A stretch of 64,000 nt of DNA, from positions 4,232,735-4,296,734 of the forward strand of contig CM082592.2 in the NCBI GenBank assembly GCA_040954595.2. The letters are read 5' to 3'. Shown in pieces: positions 1 through 11,841 of the stretch (within the stretch, counting starts at the first letter, position 1; each line of letters starts with the position of its first letter). The notes beneath the pieces were generated by a model that saw only the letters and a program-made list of their open reading frames with translations, searched no databases and was not told where the DNA came from. Both the position numbers and the translations under genes were made by a program. The stretch is from Balanoglossus misakiensis (lineage: Eukaryota; Animalia; Hemichordata).

Positions 1-606
1 TGTAGTGCGTTAATTTTTTTTCCTGTTTGATGTTCTTATTCAATTGTCTTGTGCAACAAACTTAATAAAGATTTATCCTTTTAAAAAAAACCTGTGTATA
101 AAAATCATCAATAGAATAATTCGTTATATTCAGTACTGTGGTTGAGAGAAAGAGAAAGAGAGAGAGACGAGAGGGGAAGAGGGAGAGTGGTGATTCCATT
201 GGTATGTGTGAACATAGACCCTGGCAGCAGACAAGAATTGTTAACTTACGGTAACTGAATTTATAGCGCCACCATGAGACCACATGTGAAATCTCATTGG
301 CCTTCCGCATTTGGACCAAAACTGTGTGACCAGCAGTCGCTTCCTTACCAGTATAGTGGATAGTCAGTCCTGATATGGGATGATCAGTTTGTAAACAGAC
401 ATGGCTATTATATCACCCACCACCTTACAACGATGCGGTAGTACATGTATGCATCATCACCAGGATGACCGATGCCTTTACATGTAACCTTTTCAAAATT
501 TCAGGAACATATGTTGAAATCACATGACCTGCAGCTGGAAAGATTACATCATGTAGGGTGGTCTGTGGTCGTACACACACCTTCCATCCCACTTGACTTG
601 TAGGAT

Positions 607-815
607 ATGAGAGTAAAAATCTCGCCAAATGAATAAATGGTAAACACCGATTATTCATTTTGGCGAGTTTTTCACTTTCGTGTCCACGAGTGGAACGGAA
701 ATTGTGTGGTTGAACGTCGATTCACTATATATCGTATCCACATGTAGAATAACATAAAAGGCGTCTTGTATCAAACATAATGGGAAAAGGGCAGTGAGAG
801 AGAGACTTTGTCCCT
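607..815. repeat. Dispersed repeat, second copy at ~21892-22041
   Basis: The stretch atgagagtaaaaatctc...ttattcattttgg(c/t)gagtttt...tgtagaataacataaa...gagagagagactttgtccct recurs in APPBP2 intron 3; it contains a short internal inverted repeat. Confidence 0.75.
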
Positions 816-1441
816 CTAATCGCATTTACCATTTTCTGTCAAGTGTATTTAGATGCAGTTACTGGTCTATTTGCTCGGGGAACTATGAAGAAGGTAGAAA
901 CAGACATGAAAGAAAGAAACACAATTGCCAGTGCTATTTTTTTTATAATGTATATTATATCACAAATACGCTACTCAACTCCTTGTGATGTATTACAACA
1001 ACAGTACAGAAAGTACACATTTCCTGATCGGTAGAAAGTGTGGGATGTTGATCGAGTCTAGTCTACAGACGTGGAAAAATGCAGATGCTTCCAGAAATAG
1101 ATAAGACCACCACTGAAATGATCTGACAAAAAAATGTTTGTCTTGTGGTAAATTTTGACCTGATAATATTTGTATCCATTTTTTTTTAGTTGAATCAGTT
1201 GCCAGACGTTATTGCATAATTCATTGTCAAAGTATTTTAATCCTACGGTACCTTCAAGCAATACTTCATAGTAAACACACATTGCCTGGCTGTGAGGGGG
1301 CGACAGCACCCGTCTATTGCCCCTTGAGGGGACTGAGTGTTATGCCGAGGGGTATATACATTCTCCTGGTAACGCGCAGTCATGAGGGGGGTAAACAACG
1401 GGTGCTGTTGCCCAATATAAAGGCCTGGCCGGGCAGCATAC

Positions 1442-1519
1442 GTTTTGTGACACACTCCATGATCTTGCTGCTGTACTCTCTCCTCTCTTGCTGTGCGTTA
1501 ATGGCGCAAGGGTTGACAT
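1442..1519 (-). CDS. Possible first coding exon of an unidentified gene running leftwards (MSTLAPLTHSKRGESTAARSWSVSQN)
   Basis: Strong Kozak context ccaccATG at 1519, AAC|gtatg donor at 1441 and a CpG-rich region at 1560-1860 upstream. No recognisable homology and no downstream exon confirmed. Confidence 0.25.
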
Positions 1520-2781
1520 GGTGGGGTTTATCCACTGTCTAATTCTTTACAAAATGAAGTCAAAATCGTTGCTAACTGAATAACATCCTCGATGCCGTCG
1601 TCCGGGTAGGGACAGTTCGACAGAGGTACAAAAATCTCGCCCTTTTCTCCCCAGACGCTCGATTCCAACATGGCCGCTCAGCAGACGACATTACTGCCTG
1701 TCGACAAATTTTATGACCTCACAAAAATTTGCGCCGGTCACATGACAGGGCAGCAACAGACGATGCGCCCATTTCCCTAGGGATGTATTCATTCTATATT
1801 TCTATTCCTTGACGTTCTGGTCAATCGCGTTACAGCATGACCACGGAGTGCATCACAATAAAAAGATAGTCAACCAGACTACACTATACCTATAAACTGT
1901 GATTTTTTCCCCAAACTTTCTGGTCAAAACGCCTTCAAAAAGAACAAAACAAGAAATACTGCATTTATCAAATAATTTAAGATTGAATTTCTCCCTAATG
2001 TTTCTACAATATATGACAAATCCCAGTTAGCAAGTTAATCATTTAACAAGTTCAGGGACTGGGTAAATAGAAATACATGTAAACCAGAGCCTCCATGAGA
2101 CAGAATTTTCCGTTGTATTTCACTTATGAAATATACTATTTTACATCCAAACTACACCGTTTTTTAGGGGGGGGGGGGCGAAAATCGAATTTGAAATGGA
2201 CAATCTTGGCAGAGCAATTAACAGGGTTCGGGGCATACAGATCGTGACAAAATACAAAGTATTTCAGTTACAAAAAGAGAGAGAAGAGAGACACTTTTAC
2301 ACAAAAATAATCATCACTGAGAACTACTTCTACACCAAGTTTTCCGTTTTGTGTTCCGGGGCCACATTGAATATTCTGTTGAGGGTGATTTCGTAAAAAA
2401 AAAAAAAAAAAAAGATCAGGACAACAAACGCACTCGTAAAAATAAACAAGTGTCACAATACACAAGTACGAAATATGTCGTAATTTTCAACTGAATATCA
2501 TGATTGCCGCTTAAATTCATCTATTTTCTAATCATGTTTTGGTTGCCGATACGTATGCCAGTGGATAATATTACGCAATACCCTGACTGTTCTGTCCATG
2601 TCAAAGCTGTTGTCTCAAATACTGAACTACATGAGAAACAGAATTTATATTCTTTGTGTTTTTTTTTTTGGGCGGGAGGGGCTAGGGACAAATGAAATTA
2701 AGAGTAATGTGCATTTACATAAATTGGGCAAATGGGTTACGTGGTTACAGGAGAGAGAAAAAAAAAGAGATGATAAAATCT

Positions 2782-5700
2782 TCAACTCTCAGAGGGTCGT
2801 TTCTCACTATGCTTCTTGGTGTAATCTTCTGCGTTCTTCATGAATCTCTTCTTGTCTTTGGTGAATTCTTCGGCTAGGTCCGCTCTCAAGGGATGTTCTG
2901 GCTCGGGGTCATTGACTAGTGCTACAAGCGATTGAATAACTGCACAGAAAAGAAAGATGGAAAAGAGCATGTTTAAAGGTATACGGTCACCTATGCAAAT
3001 TGAGCTACGGTTACCATGGTAAATTGAGATCTAACCAATCACAGATTTTCAGTGGGTGGCACACGCCAAAAAAATATAGCGCCACCTTATTCTTTAGAAA
3101 TACGCCATTGCAGCTATTTATAGCGATATGTAAAATGGAGGTGACCGTATACATTTAACCCTTTCACCCCCAGTTCCCTCTTTAGAGGTCCAACTTTACC
3201 ATAGGAAACAATGGGATTGGACTGAACCATGGTCGGTGAAAGGGTTAAGATATTACCACACGAACTGGCCCACCTGTGAGATTCCAGGAACATACATTGT
3301 ACCATCATGAATAAATTGGTCCCATTTTTTAGGAGATTGCACATAGACCATTCCAGGTGCAACGCACAGCCGTAAAACATAAAATGGTCAGCAGTGCGGG
3401 TCACACCAGGACAAAAGGTCACGTAGGGGTCACGAAAATGGCCGACTCCACCGGTGGAAGGGTTACAGTTAGAATGCCACTCACCCTGGTCTGTCTTTGT
3501 CGCTGGCTTCCAATTCTCGGGACTAATGATAGGCAGACATACTTGGCCCTTCTCATCTATGTTTGGGTGATAAATCTTAGTCTTGAAGGTTATCTTGGGG
3601 GGTTTGAAGGGGTACTCTGCTGGAAAGTTGATTTCTATCCTAAATGCTCCCTTGTTAAATGGTGGATGTTCCTGAAATGGAGACAAGCTGGAAATTAGCC
3701 CTTTCGGAAAAACAAGTCAACGTTCACATGAAATGATGGGTGGCATCATCCACGTTCAGGCTGCATCTTGTGCACTCAAATTGATACATTGACGAATGGG
3801 GAAGACTTGCAACAGACATACTAATGAGTATGCATATTAATGAGCGTGAATATTAATGAACCCTGAGAGTACGATAAGAGAAATCTTGCAACCACAAATG
3901 CAGATTCCCACAGCCAATGACAGAGGCTACTTACTGGTACAATTAAGCCTTGCCAGTATAGAATATTTGATTCATCTACCAAGATATCGCGGAAAGATTT
4001 AAGGCTTGAACCTCGAAGATCTGCCAGTTCCTGTGTAAAAAAAAAGAGAATGAAAATATACCTCATTCCTAGGATAGAACAATGACCCTTATAATAATGT
4101 GACATCATCATCATCGTCTGTATGTCATCACCATCATCATCTACATCATCCATGTCATGAGTTTCTTCTATGTCACATGTAGCCACTGGTAAACTATGCT
4201 CAATATGCTTTACAATTATTACCCTTGGTATATTACCACCAAACATATACATGTACAGCGATAATCACCAACCCATAAACATGCCAGTAAAAAGGCGATT
4301 TCCAGACTGACATCAGCACCATAAAAGGACTTTTGGCGACACGCTGACCAGGGTCAAAGGTGGCCAGTACAAAGGTACATCACCTGATACCAGAAACTTT
4401 TTCTTGGAATGGTTTCATGCCTTATAGGAAAGATAGTATATTTTTGATAATGCAGTCAATAATTGTCACTGCATTCTTTGACAACTTTCATTATCATTTT
4501 TCAAGCTAATCACTGATGATGGTATGATAGCCCAGATCTGCTGGGTAGTTTTACTTGCTTGCTGAATACTGACTGAACTTTTTACGGCACAGTTACAGTT
4601 AAACATTCCCCAAAACAAGATGGCATCCGATGAATGAGGTTTAATTTTAAGTATCGTGAATGTGCACGGGTGCCATCTTATTCTGGGGTATATTTAACTA
4701 TAACTCTACCACTAATTCTAAAGCTGGATTGATCATACTCTGATCAAAAATCCAGGCAACAATGTTTTAGTTACATGTACGGTGAAAAAGCCGGTGAATT
4801 TTTTCAAGGTTCCACTTGGTATCAGAGAGACTGTAATAAAAGTTTGCAGCAGTATCACCCAGTTCCCAGTGAGGCTGTTAGCAATCTTTAAACGCACAAA
4901 CAGTGACTCGACAAAGTTACACCACATGCAAAGGTATAGGGCTGACTCAGAGAAATCCTTAGTCAAACTGACTCAAAGCTTTTGAAAATTATTTTTGTTA
5001 GGGCATACTGTTTCTGACATAGTATATTCATTGATCCAATGGGAAAATTAAATGCATCTGACATACATTAGGCTGCATTCACAAACACCTCTGGAGGGGG
5101 GGGGGCAGGAGAATTGAGGGGGGGGATTTGAAAAAATTGAGGGTATGTAAGGGGGGGGATTTGAAATAATTTAGGGACTGAAAGGGGGGGACTTGAAAAC
5201 TTTAACGACTAAATATTTATTTTGAGTCCACAAAAATGCAGTTTCGCGCCCTTTATTTTACAAAATTTTCGAATGTGGGAGGGGGACACCCCCTCCCACA
5301 CCCACCCCCTCCATTCTTCAACACCTTTCAATCATTGACTGGTTTATCTAGTGTCCCAGGTCAGGGGACTTGCCCCACCCCATGATAACTTTGAGCAGCG
5401 ACGGTTAAATTTGTCCTCCCCAACATACCGGTAGTTGAGTTAATTTGCTTTTGCCGGGTTCATTAAAATGCAGCTTTGAGCTCTATATTTTAGAAAATTT
5501 TCTTACGTGGGAGGGGGACACCCCCTCCCAAACCCACCCCCTTCAATTCTCGGTTTACATTGTCTCCCAACACAGAATACAAATATATGTACTTAAAAAA
5601 TAAAAACAATGTTCAGTTTTAATACCCACTGATGAGGGGAAACATCCGTTTCAAATTCTTTTCATGGGAGCGCTGTTTTTCTTTTTACAAGATAGATAGG

Positions 5701-6811
5701 TGATGTGTTTTGCTCTGTGAAAGAAAATGGGGGGGGGGGGGGGATTTCAAAATTTTAGCAGTTCGGAAGGGGGGGATTTGAAAATATTGGCAGTTCGGAA
5801 GGGGGGCATGTGAAAATTAGCGGTAAAAAAAATTGAATTCTCCCGCCCCCCCCTCCAGAGGTGTTTGTGAATGCAGCCTTACAGAGGTACGCTTTGAATA
5901 AAATATCTAGCACTTGTCTCATTTTAACAATGTTCAGGTCAGTTGGCTTTTTGATGCAGACATTTTACTTGGTCACTTGTTCATCACTTCTGTTGAATGA
6001 TAGCAGTTTAATCCTTTCCCCACCATGGTTCAGTCCAAACCCATTGTATTCTATGGTAACATTGGACCTCTAAAGGGGTGCCAGGTTAAATACATCATCG
6101 TGTAATCAATATTCAAATGGTCATCCAATTTATGCAACGTCTACTCTATGATTAGGTGTTTGCTCAAGGATTAACAGGAAATGTGCTAAACACTCGGTAC
6201 TTGCGAATTAAATATAACTGTCAACATTCACACAAATAAAAGAACACAGAAACCCTGTTAGCATGAACTACAATATATATTGTGTGAAATCTGCTTCTGG
6301 TCTCACACATTCGGTCATTATTCGGTGCGAATCTTGATATGATATCATGTTCTCAATGTGTAGCTCAGTGTAACTGTAAGGTATTTTATGTACACATTAT
6401 TCAGAAACATTCATCGATAATTTTGTCGATGAGTGTGACATACTATATATTTTTCACTTCACATGTGTCATTAGTCGTAACGGACACTTCTGCTTTTTAT
6501 CTACTGATTTTACCGCGGAAAAATTGACCCAAAGAGACAACTTCCTGTTTCATTTTTCCGGGGAAAAACCACTGTGTGCAACATTACATGACAACCGCTT
6601 CTCGAACGAAGCACATATCCAGGAAATGCCGGTAATGGCCAGTGCAGCGTTAGCCGAAAACAACAATCCAAGATGAGTGTATCTCGGACGGGAATCATTA
6701 AAACTACCAACGCGATTCGTTTTCATTCCTTCGGGGGCGGGTTTATCGCCAATAAATGTGTTATTTCAGAGAACAATTTTTTACCTTTGCTAGTCTTCTT
6801 GTGGCCGCCAT
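2782..6811 (-). CDS. UBE2L3: Ubiquitin-conjugating enzyme E2 L3 (UbcH7), 155 aa, 4 exons
   Basis: Exons 6811-6785 (MAATRRLAK), 4030-3935, 3671-3485, 2939-2782; all GT-AG, 468 nt, in frame. Contains [28 protein letters not shown] (HPN motif, catalytic Cys) and [14 protein letters not shown]...[12 protein letters not shown]. Confidence 0.97.
2977..3154. mobile_element. Kolobok-like MITE (TTAA TSD, AG.. terminus)
   Basis: TTAA(2973-2976)-aggtatacggtcacct ... aggtgaccgtatacat-TTAA(3155-3158); TIR matches at 15/16. Confidence 0.75.
3159..3244. mobile_element. piggyBac-like 86-bp MITE, family P1
   Basis: TTAA-ccctttcacc ... ggtgaaaggg-TTAA. Further copies at ~6008-6089, 9211-9301, 11077-11162, 11758-11841, and a degenerate one at ~18883-18955. 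Confidence 0.8.
5071..5878. mobile_element. PIF/Harbinger-type non-autonomous element (808 bp) in UBE2L3 intron 1
   Basis: TIR ggctgcattcacaaacacctctggagggggggg / ccccccctccagaggtgtttgtgaatgcagcc, TTA on both flanks (5068-5070, 5879-5881), subterminal ggggggatttgaaa repeats. Confidence 0.85.
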
Positions 6812-7351
6812 GTTGCTTGACCCTCGTGAAGCTGTTCCCACAATGCACCAGAAATAGGTGGGCACATTTCAACCTCGGAAAATCTCGTGAGATTTCAGAG
6901 AAGACGAGAACAAGTGTATAAAGTGGTGCGCCTATTAGTGTGTAGTGAACGTAGCAGAAGTTTTTTTTCCGTGTATTATTTTTGTTTATGTAAGTTTAGA
7001 AATAGGTGAGTACTACCATCGATGTTAAGAAGATGCTAACTTATCACAAGTTGTCCTTGTTACAATCTCACGAGCTCAGAAAAGCTGAAATCCGAGGCCT
7101 CAGTTGTCGTGTTGTTGAGATTTGGCTGGGGTGTGTATATTTCTACATGTAACTTACTCATGACTGACTGACCACACTGGTTTTGTTTGATGTGTAACAT
7201 TATTTTGATAACGTCACCGTAAGGTTTAGAGTGTGACTATAGCGCCTACTTGATCTCCCCGAACGTTTTCCACTCTCGGCAGGTCGTGTCAACCGCTGCC
7301 ATATCATGTGACTGACTAGATAACCGCGTACAGTCTAGTCCTGTCGAAAAT
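6812..7351. promoter_or_regulatory. Candidate bidirectional promoter and 5' UTRs of UBE2L3 and the F-box gene
   Basis: 540 bp separate the divergent ATGs. Palindrome aaatctcgtgagattt at 6880-6895 is one mismatch from the TCTCGCGAGA promoter motif. Possible 5'-UTR intron from an ag|gtgagt donor near 7007 to an acceptor at 7282. Confidence 0.55.
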
Positions 7352-8767
7352 ATGGTGAGCGACAGGAACGAGGCCAGGTTCAACGTCGTTGGAGGTGATG
7401 GTCGTTCGGGTCCATCCGCGAGATCGGAGATGTTCCGAACGGAGATGCACATGATGGTGGGAGACGGTAAAGTGACGCCCACCAAGTACATTTCAAGCTT
7501 CAAGAGCTGCCTGGCTAGCATCAAGCTGAGCCTACCCGTGAAGATGAAGACGGAACTTTTTGAGCGCATTTCGTCCTGGCCTGATAACAGTCTTGGTCAT
7601 TCACCTGTGAAACGATGCAACAGTGACTCACTCGGCACCTTGTGCACACCCACAAAACATACCAAGTTCCCTAAACTCAAGAACAATATATTTCTCATCA
7701 GAGACAAGCTCTCGCAAGAGTGCCCGACAAACCAAAGAAACTCCCAACACAGAAGTCAGGGAGGCATTCACATTTGTGAAAATAATGATGAAATGGGACA
7801 GAATCATGATGATGTGAGCCTGCAACCTCAAGCTGTGGAACCTCGAGATGAAAATGCTCAAGAAAACGCCAACGATAATGTGGCCAGTGGTGACAACTCA
7901 ACGCAGAACAGAGGCAGGTCAACGCACAGCAATAACAGTTCCCGGGCAGGAGACCTGGACAATGCGAACGTGTCGAACAAGTCTTCTTCCCAAGCGGATT
8001 TCCAAAGCGAAGCGAGTGAAAGTGATGGCACAGGTGAACACAGTGACTGTGACAGCAGCAGTGAAGGTGGCCCACACACAGTGGCCCCCAACCCACCAAA
8101 TTCAAATTTACAATGTAGAAATAGTGCAAGAAGATCAGAACACGACATTAGCGCGTCGTTCGCCAGGAACGATGACATGCCAGTGTTCGGGTCACTCTCC
8201 AAATCAAAATCCAAGTCAGAAGCATCGTTACCCACCTCGTCTTCTTCAACTTCGCGATTTCAGTCGTGCATGTGGAACTCGTACGCCAGTTGGTGTTCCA
8301 ACAGAGTGCTGGGAAATTCGGACCCGTTTGTGATGCTGCCAGACCACGTGCTGGCCAGGATTTTCAGCTGCCTGCCGACCAGGGACCTGGCCGCCCTCAA
8401 GTGCTCGTGCAAGGACTTCAAGTGGATCATCGAGGAATACAATGTGTGTGGTATTGACTCCAAGTGGTCGAAACAGCCCAAATACCAGGACGATCCGTGC
8501 ATGCAGTGCGGCAAGCTGATCGACCCCCGGGGCGACGTCTCGCTCTGCCGGTGGCACCCGAAGATCTTCTACAAAAACGGATACATAGGACGCTTCTGGA
8601 CGTGCTGTTTCCAAGTGGAGGAGGACGCGGCCGGCTGCAGCATCAGTCTCCACGACAACAACTGGATGCTGCGGAAGGAAAGGCTGAAGCGCATCCCGAG
8701 GAGGTCGCGAAGGAAGTCGATGCCGAAGTTGGAGATTGATTATGAACGCGAATTACTCAGTGACTAG
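7352..8767 (+). CDS. FBXO46: FBXO46/FBXO34-like F-box protein, 471 aa, single coding exon
   Basis: Long ORF with a low-complexity S/N/D middle, F-box LPDHVLARIFSCLPTRDLAALKCSC and the family C-terminus DSKW...YQDDPCMQC...GDVSLCRWHPK...WTCC...GC...LHDNNW. Likely co-ortholog of vertebrate FBXO46 and FBXO34. Confidence 0.88.
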   Translation: MVSDRNEARFNVVGGDGRSGPSARSEMFRTEMHMMVGDGKVTPTKYISSFKSCLASIKLSLPVKMKTELFERISSWPDNSLGHSPVKRCNSDSLGTLCTPTKHTKFPKLKNNIFLIRDKLSQECPTNQRNSQHRSQGGIHICENNDEMGQNHDDVSLQPQAVEPRDENAQENANDNVASGDNSTQNRGRSTHSNNSSRAGDLDNANVSNKSSSQADFQSEASESDGTGEHSDCDSSSEGGPHTVAPNPPNSNLQCRNSARRSEHDISASFARNDDMPVFGSLSKSKSKSEASLPTSSSSTSRFQSCMWNSYASWCSNRVLGNSDPFVMLPDHVLARIFSCLPTRDLAALKCSCKDFKWIIEEYNVCGIDSKWSKQPKYQDDPCMQCGKLIDPRGDVSLCRWHPKIFYKNGYIGRFWTCCFQVEEDAAGCSISLHDNNWMLRKERLKRIPRRSRRKSMPKLEIDYERELLSD

Positions 8768-9210
8768 GCTTGCTGTGGTATCAGTCGAGAGAGCTCACGA
8801 TCTGAAGTCATTTGACTTCATGAAATTCTGGAAAGAAATTTACATTTCTATATCATAAGATTTAATAGTATTAATAATTATTGACTTGATGCAAATGAAA
8901 GAGACATGACTATGTCACATTGAATCATGGTGCTGTACAGTAATTAATCTTGAAACTTTGTAATATACAAATTTACATGAGTTTAACAAAAGTTATTTCT
9001 TTGTCAGAATGTTGATATGTTTGTATGTTTACATCTCAATCGTTTTTACCCTTTGACCTGTTTTTCTAAATTTACTTCTCCATAACCAAGTTTATTGCCA
9101 TTCCTCCAATAGCCACAACGTTAAAATCATAATGATTGATACAGTTGGGTTTATGACAATTTCACAATTTATTCATATTGAGTATCAGATTTTTAATGTC
9201 AAAATATTCC

Positions 9211-9301
9211 TAACCCTTTCATCCCCGTTTCCAACTGAAGAGGTCCAACTTAACCATAGAAAACAATGGATGTGGACCAACTGCAGTTGTTAAAAGGAGT
9301 T
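9211..9301. mobile_element. P1 piggyBac-like MITE, degenerate copy
   Basis: taaccctttcatcccc...gaggtccaacttaaccatagaaaacaatgg aligns to 3159-3244. Confidence 0.6.
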
Positions 9302-11076
9302 GGTTGGCGGTACTTCCCAAAACAAACATCATATTGGATCAATATCCAATATGTAGAAACACACTAAATACCATGGAGTTTTTATAACTGTATTGCCTTG
9401 AAGCTGTTAGATCTTATTTAGATCATGCATGAGTGGAGCATATGCATCTGCATTGCAGGCAGTACCGACAACCACCTTGTGTTTTAAGTAACCCTTTCTC
9501 AATATTTTATTCTCAAATATTAGTGTTTGTAAGTCTTCTTTCGAAAGTTGTGATAGTTTGTGTGTTGTCATACATGTAAATTACTACAGTCACATTCTAT
9601 GGAATAAGACAGTGTTACTGTATGTATATTTGTGAGTAAACAACACCACAGTTTTGATATTAAGGAGATGAAATTATGAGAAATCAGTCAATTGACCAAA
9701 ATATAAACATGTCAGATGTATATGTAAAAAAATATATGTATATAAATATCACAGATTTACGTAAGATTTAATTTACTGTTCCAGGCTATTGGCGATTTTG
9801 ATCCATTTTGTCCAGTAAGACAATTGTAGTCTCATCTTATATTGCTTCATTCCTTGACACAGAACTGCACAGAAAAGTGTATTTTATAATTGTCCATCTT
9901 GAATGCTTCCAAAACCATAAATAATAATTTGTCTTCATTCCACCTTTTATATATAGCAATGTAGTATGTATATGGGTGTACTGCACTCATATATATTTCA
10001 TTTTTCAAACATTATTTGTCTCACAGTGAGATTAACCAGTGAAACCCATTCTTTATTTCTTTCCAGAGTAGACAGTAGTTACCCTAATGCAAAATTTTCC
10101 TTTACTGGGTATGGCGATAGTAAATGTGAGGAAACTTACTGAAAGGTGTTTAAGTCCATTATCTCTAAGGATAAGCTCCATTGAGAACACTGCCGGTATT
10201 GTGTGAAACTTAAGTAATCTCATCAGTAACAGTGCCTGTGAAAGCTTCATTACTCAGTGATAAAAACTTAAAACTGGTGTGTAGTACTCTAATTTGTTAA
10301 CCAATTTCTCAGCAAGTTTAACTTCCACAAGTCAGTAACATTGTTCAGGTATAGGTACTACAGGAAATAGATGAGACCAATGAATATTTAAAACAAAGTT
10401 CAAATGCTGACCAGAAGGGATTTCTAAAAATACAAATTACAATACCAGAGTTAATTCGGAGATTGACTGCAATGCTAAGTGCATGTCTAATAGCCATCAC
10501 AACTGACTGATGTGAAACTGTAACAATAGTTGGGAAGAAAATTGAGGATATATGATTTGCACGCAACTTGTAACCATCTGTACTTTTTAGTTTTGTTGGC
10601 TATACCCAAAAGTGTCTTCATCCTGTTTTGGCAATGTTATCTGGCCATACTGTGAGTTATTTTAAGAGATAACCCATCTTCAAAACTTTTCTTTCCATTG
10701 GTTAGTTTAGAACCTGATTCTCTTCTTTCGTTGGCTTGGCAGATATTTCCAAGGCTGTGTAATGGTTTCTGTCGCAATGTACATGTACTTGCAGATAGAA
10801 ACTATGTTGATAGGCGTATAATGCTGTCAGTCGCACGTTTGATCTGTTGTCGTGATTTCTGTCACTCTCGTGTCCTCTGCATGTACCCAGGATTTTTTCT
10901 ACACCTCTTTTGGTTTCAGGCCATTCGCTGTTGCCATGGTCTGCAAATTTCTTGTCCTGTTGCATTGGTACCCCATGTTAGGAGATAGTAGCAGTTGTCC
11001 GGAACAATTCTCCGGAACAATTGCATTGTGCTACAAAACACTGTGGCTGATTTCTGTGGTCACTGACTGGATTTAA

Positions 11077-11162
11077 CCCTTTTCACCGCCATGGTTCAGT
11101 CCAAACCCATTGTTTACTATGGGAAGGTTGGACCTCTGAAGAGGGAACTGGGGGTGAAAGGG
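11077..11162. mobile_element. P1 piggyBac-like MITE, reverse orientation
   Basis: TTAA-cccttttcaccgccatggttcagtcc...ggggtgaaaggg; right TSD mutated. Confidence 0.75.
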
Positions 11163-11757
11163 AGAAACCCCGGCGTCTGTGAGAAGGGTAGGGCGACGAC
11201 AGTCCCAGCTTCTTTCATTTCCAGCTTGTTTTCATGCATGAATACTCACAAATTGTAAATTACAAAGTGCCTTAGCCCGTCATCTATCCACTGCGCAAGA
11301 CTAAAATTGTCCTGCGAGATGGGCCTCAGTATGTCGTCGTGTTTTTCACACAGCAGGCTTTTAAATTGCCCTGCACAGGGTTCTTGAGGATCCCCGGCCT
11401 TTCCTTGACTTTTGCTCTGTGCATTTGCAAAGGTGTGTGTGTGATACTTGGAGTATTGCCAATCCCTTGGCTTTGGGTTATATCATGCCGAAGAAATCAG
11501 TTCTGAGTCACAGGAACTCCCTTTTGTGATCATCTTCAAAGAGTTAGATATGTCATACAGGTGAAATAACTCTAGAACATTAGGTTCTTGTACAAGTACG
11601 TGTACCGGCGGGTTTAGAGTGAGGTGTGATAGTTTAATGGGAATAAATCACACAGGATATTGCAAAATTTCCCCTTTGTAGTTTATACGGAAAGAGGAGC
11701 ACATCATTGTACTGGTAACTTGGGTTTAGAAAGAGTTTGTTGAGATGAAAACTTTAA

Positions 11758-11841
11758 CCCTTTCACCACCATGGTTCAGTCCAAAGGCGTTGTTTTCTAT
11801 AGTAAAGTTGGACCTCTAAAGAAGGAACTGGGGTGAAAGGG
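11758..11841. mobile_element. P1 piggyBac-like MITE, reverse orientation
   Basis: TTAA-ccctttcaccaccatgg...gggtgaaaggg-TTAA with both TSDs intact. Confidence 0.8.

Noticed and set aside
250-370. Apparent minus-strand exon LTIHYTGKEATAGHTVLVQMRKANEISHVVSWWRYKFSY
   Set aside because: No recognisable homology; it contains tatagcgccacc, also found inside the MITE at ~3075, so it may be repeat-derived.
1297-1413. Degenerate palindrome gggcgacagcacccgt...acgggtgctgttgccc, possibly a third hairpin-element family
   Set aside because: Single, heavily decayed copy; no companion inverted-repeat pair could be defined.
7246-8739. Overlapping and antisense ORFs within the F-box gene
   Set aside because: Shadow frames of a GC-richer coding sequence with no independent motifs.
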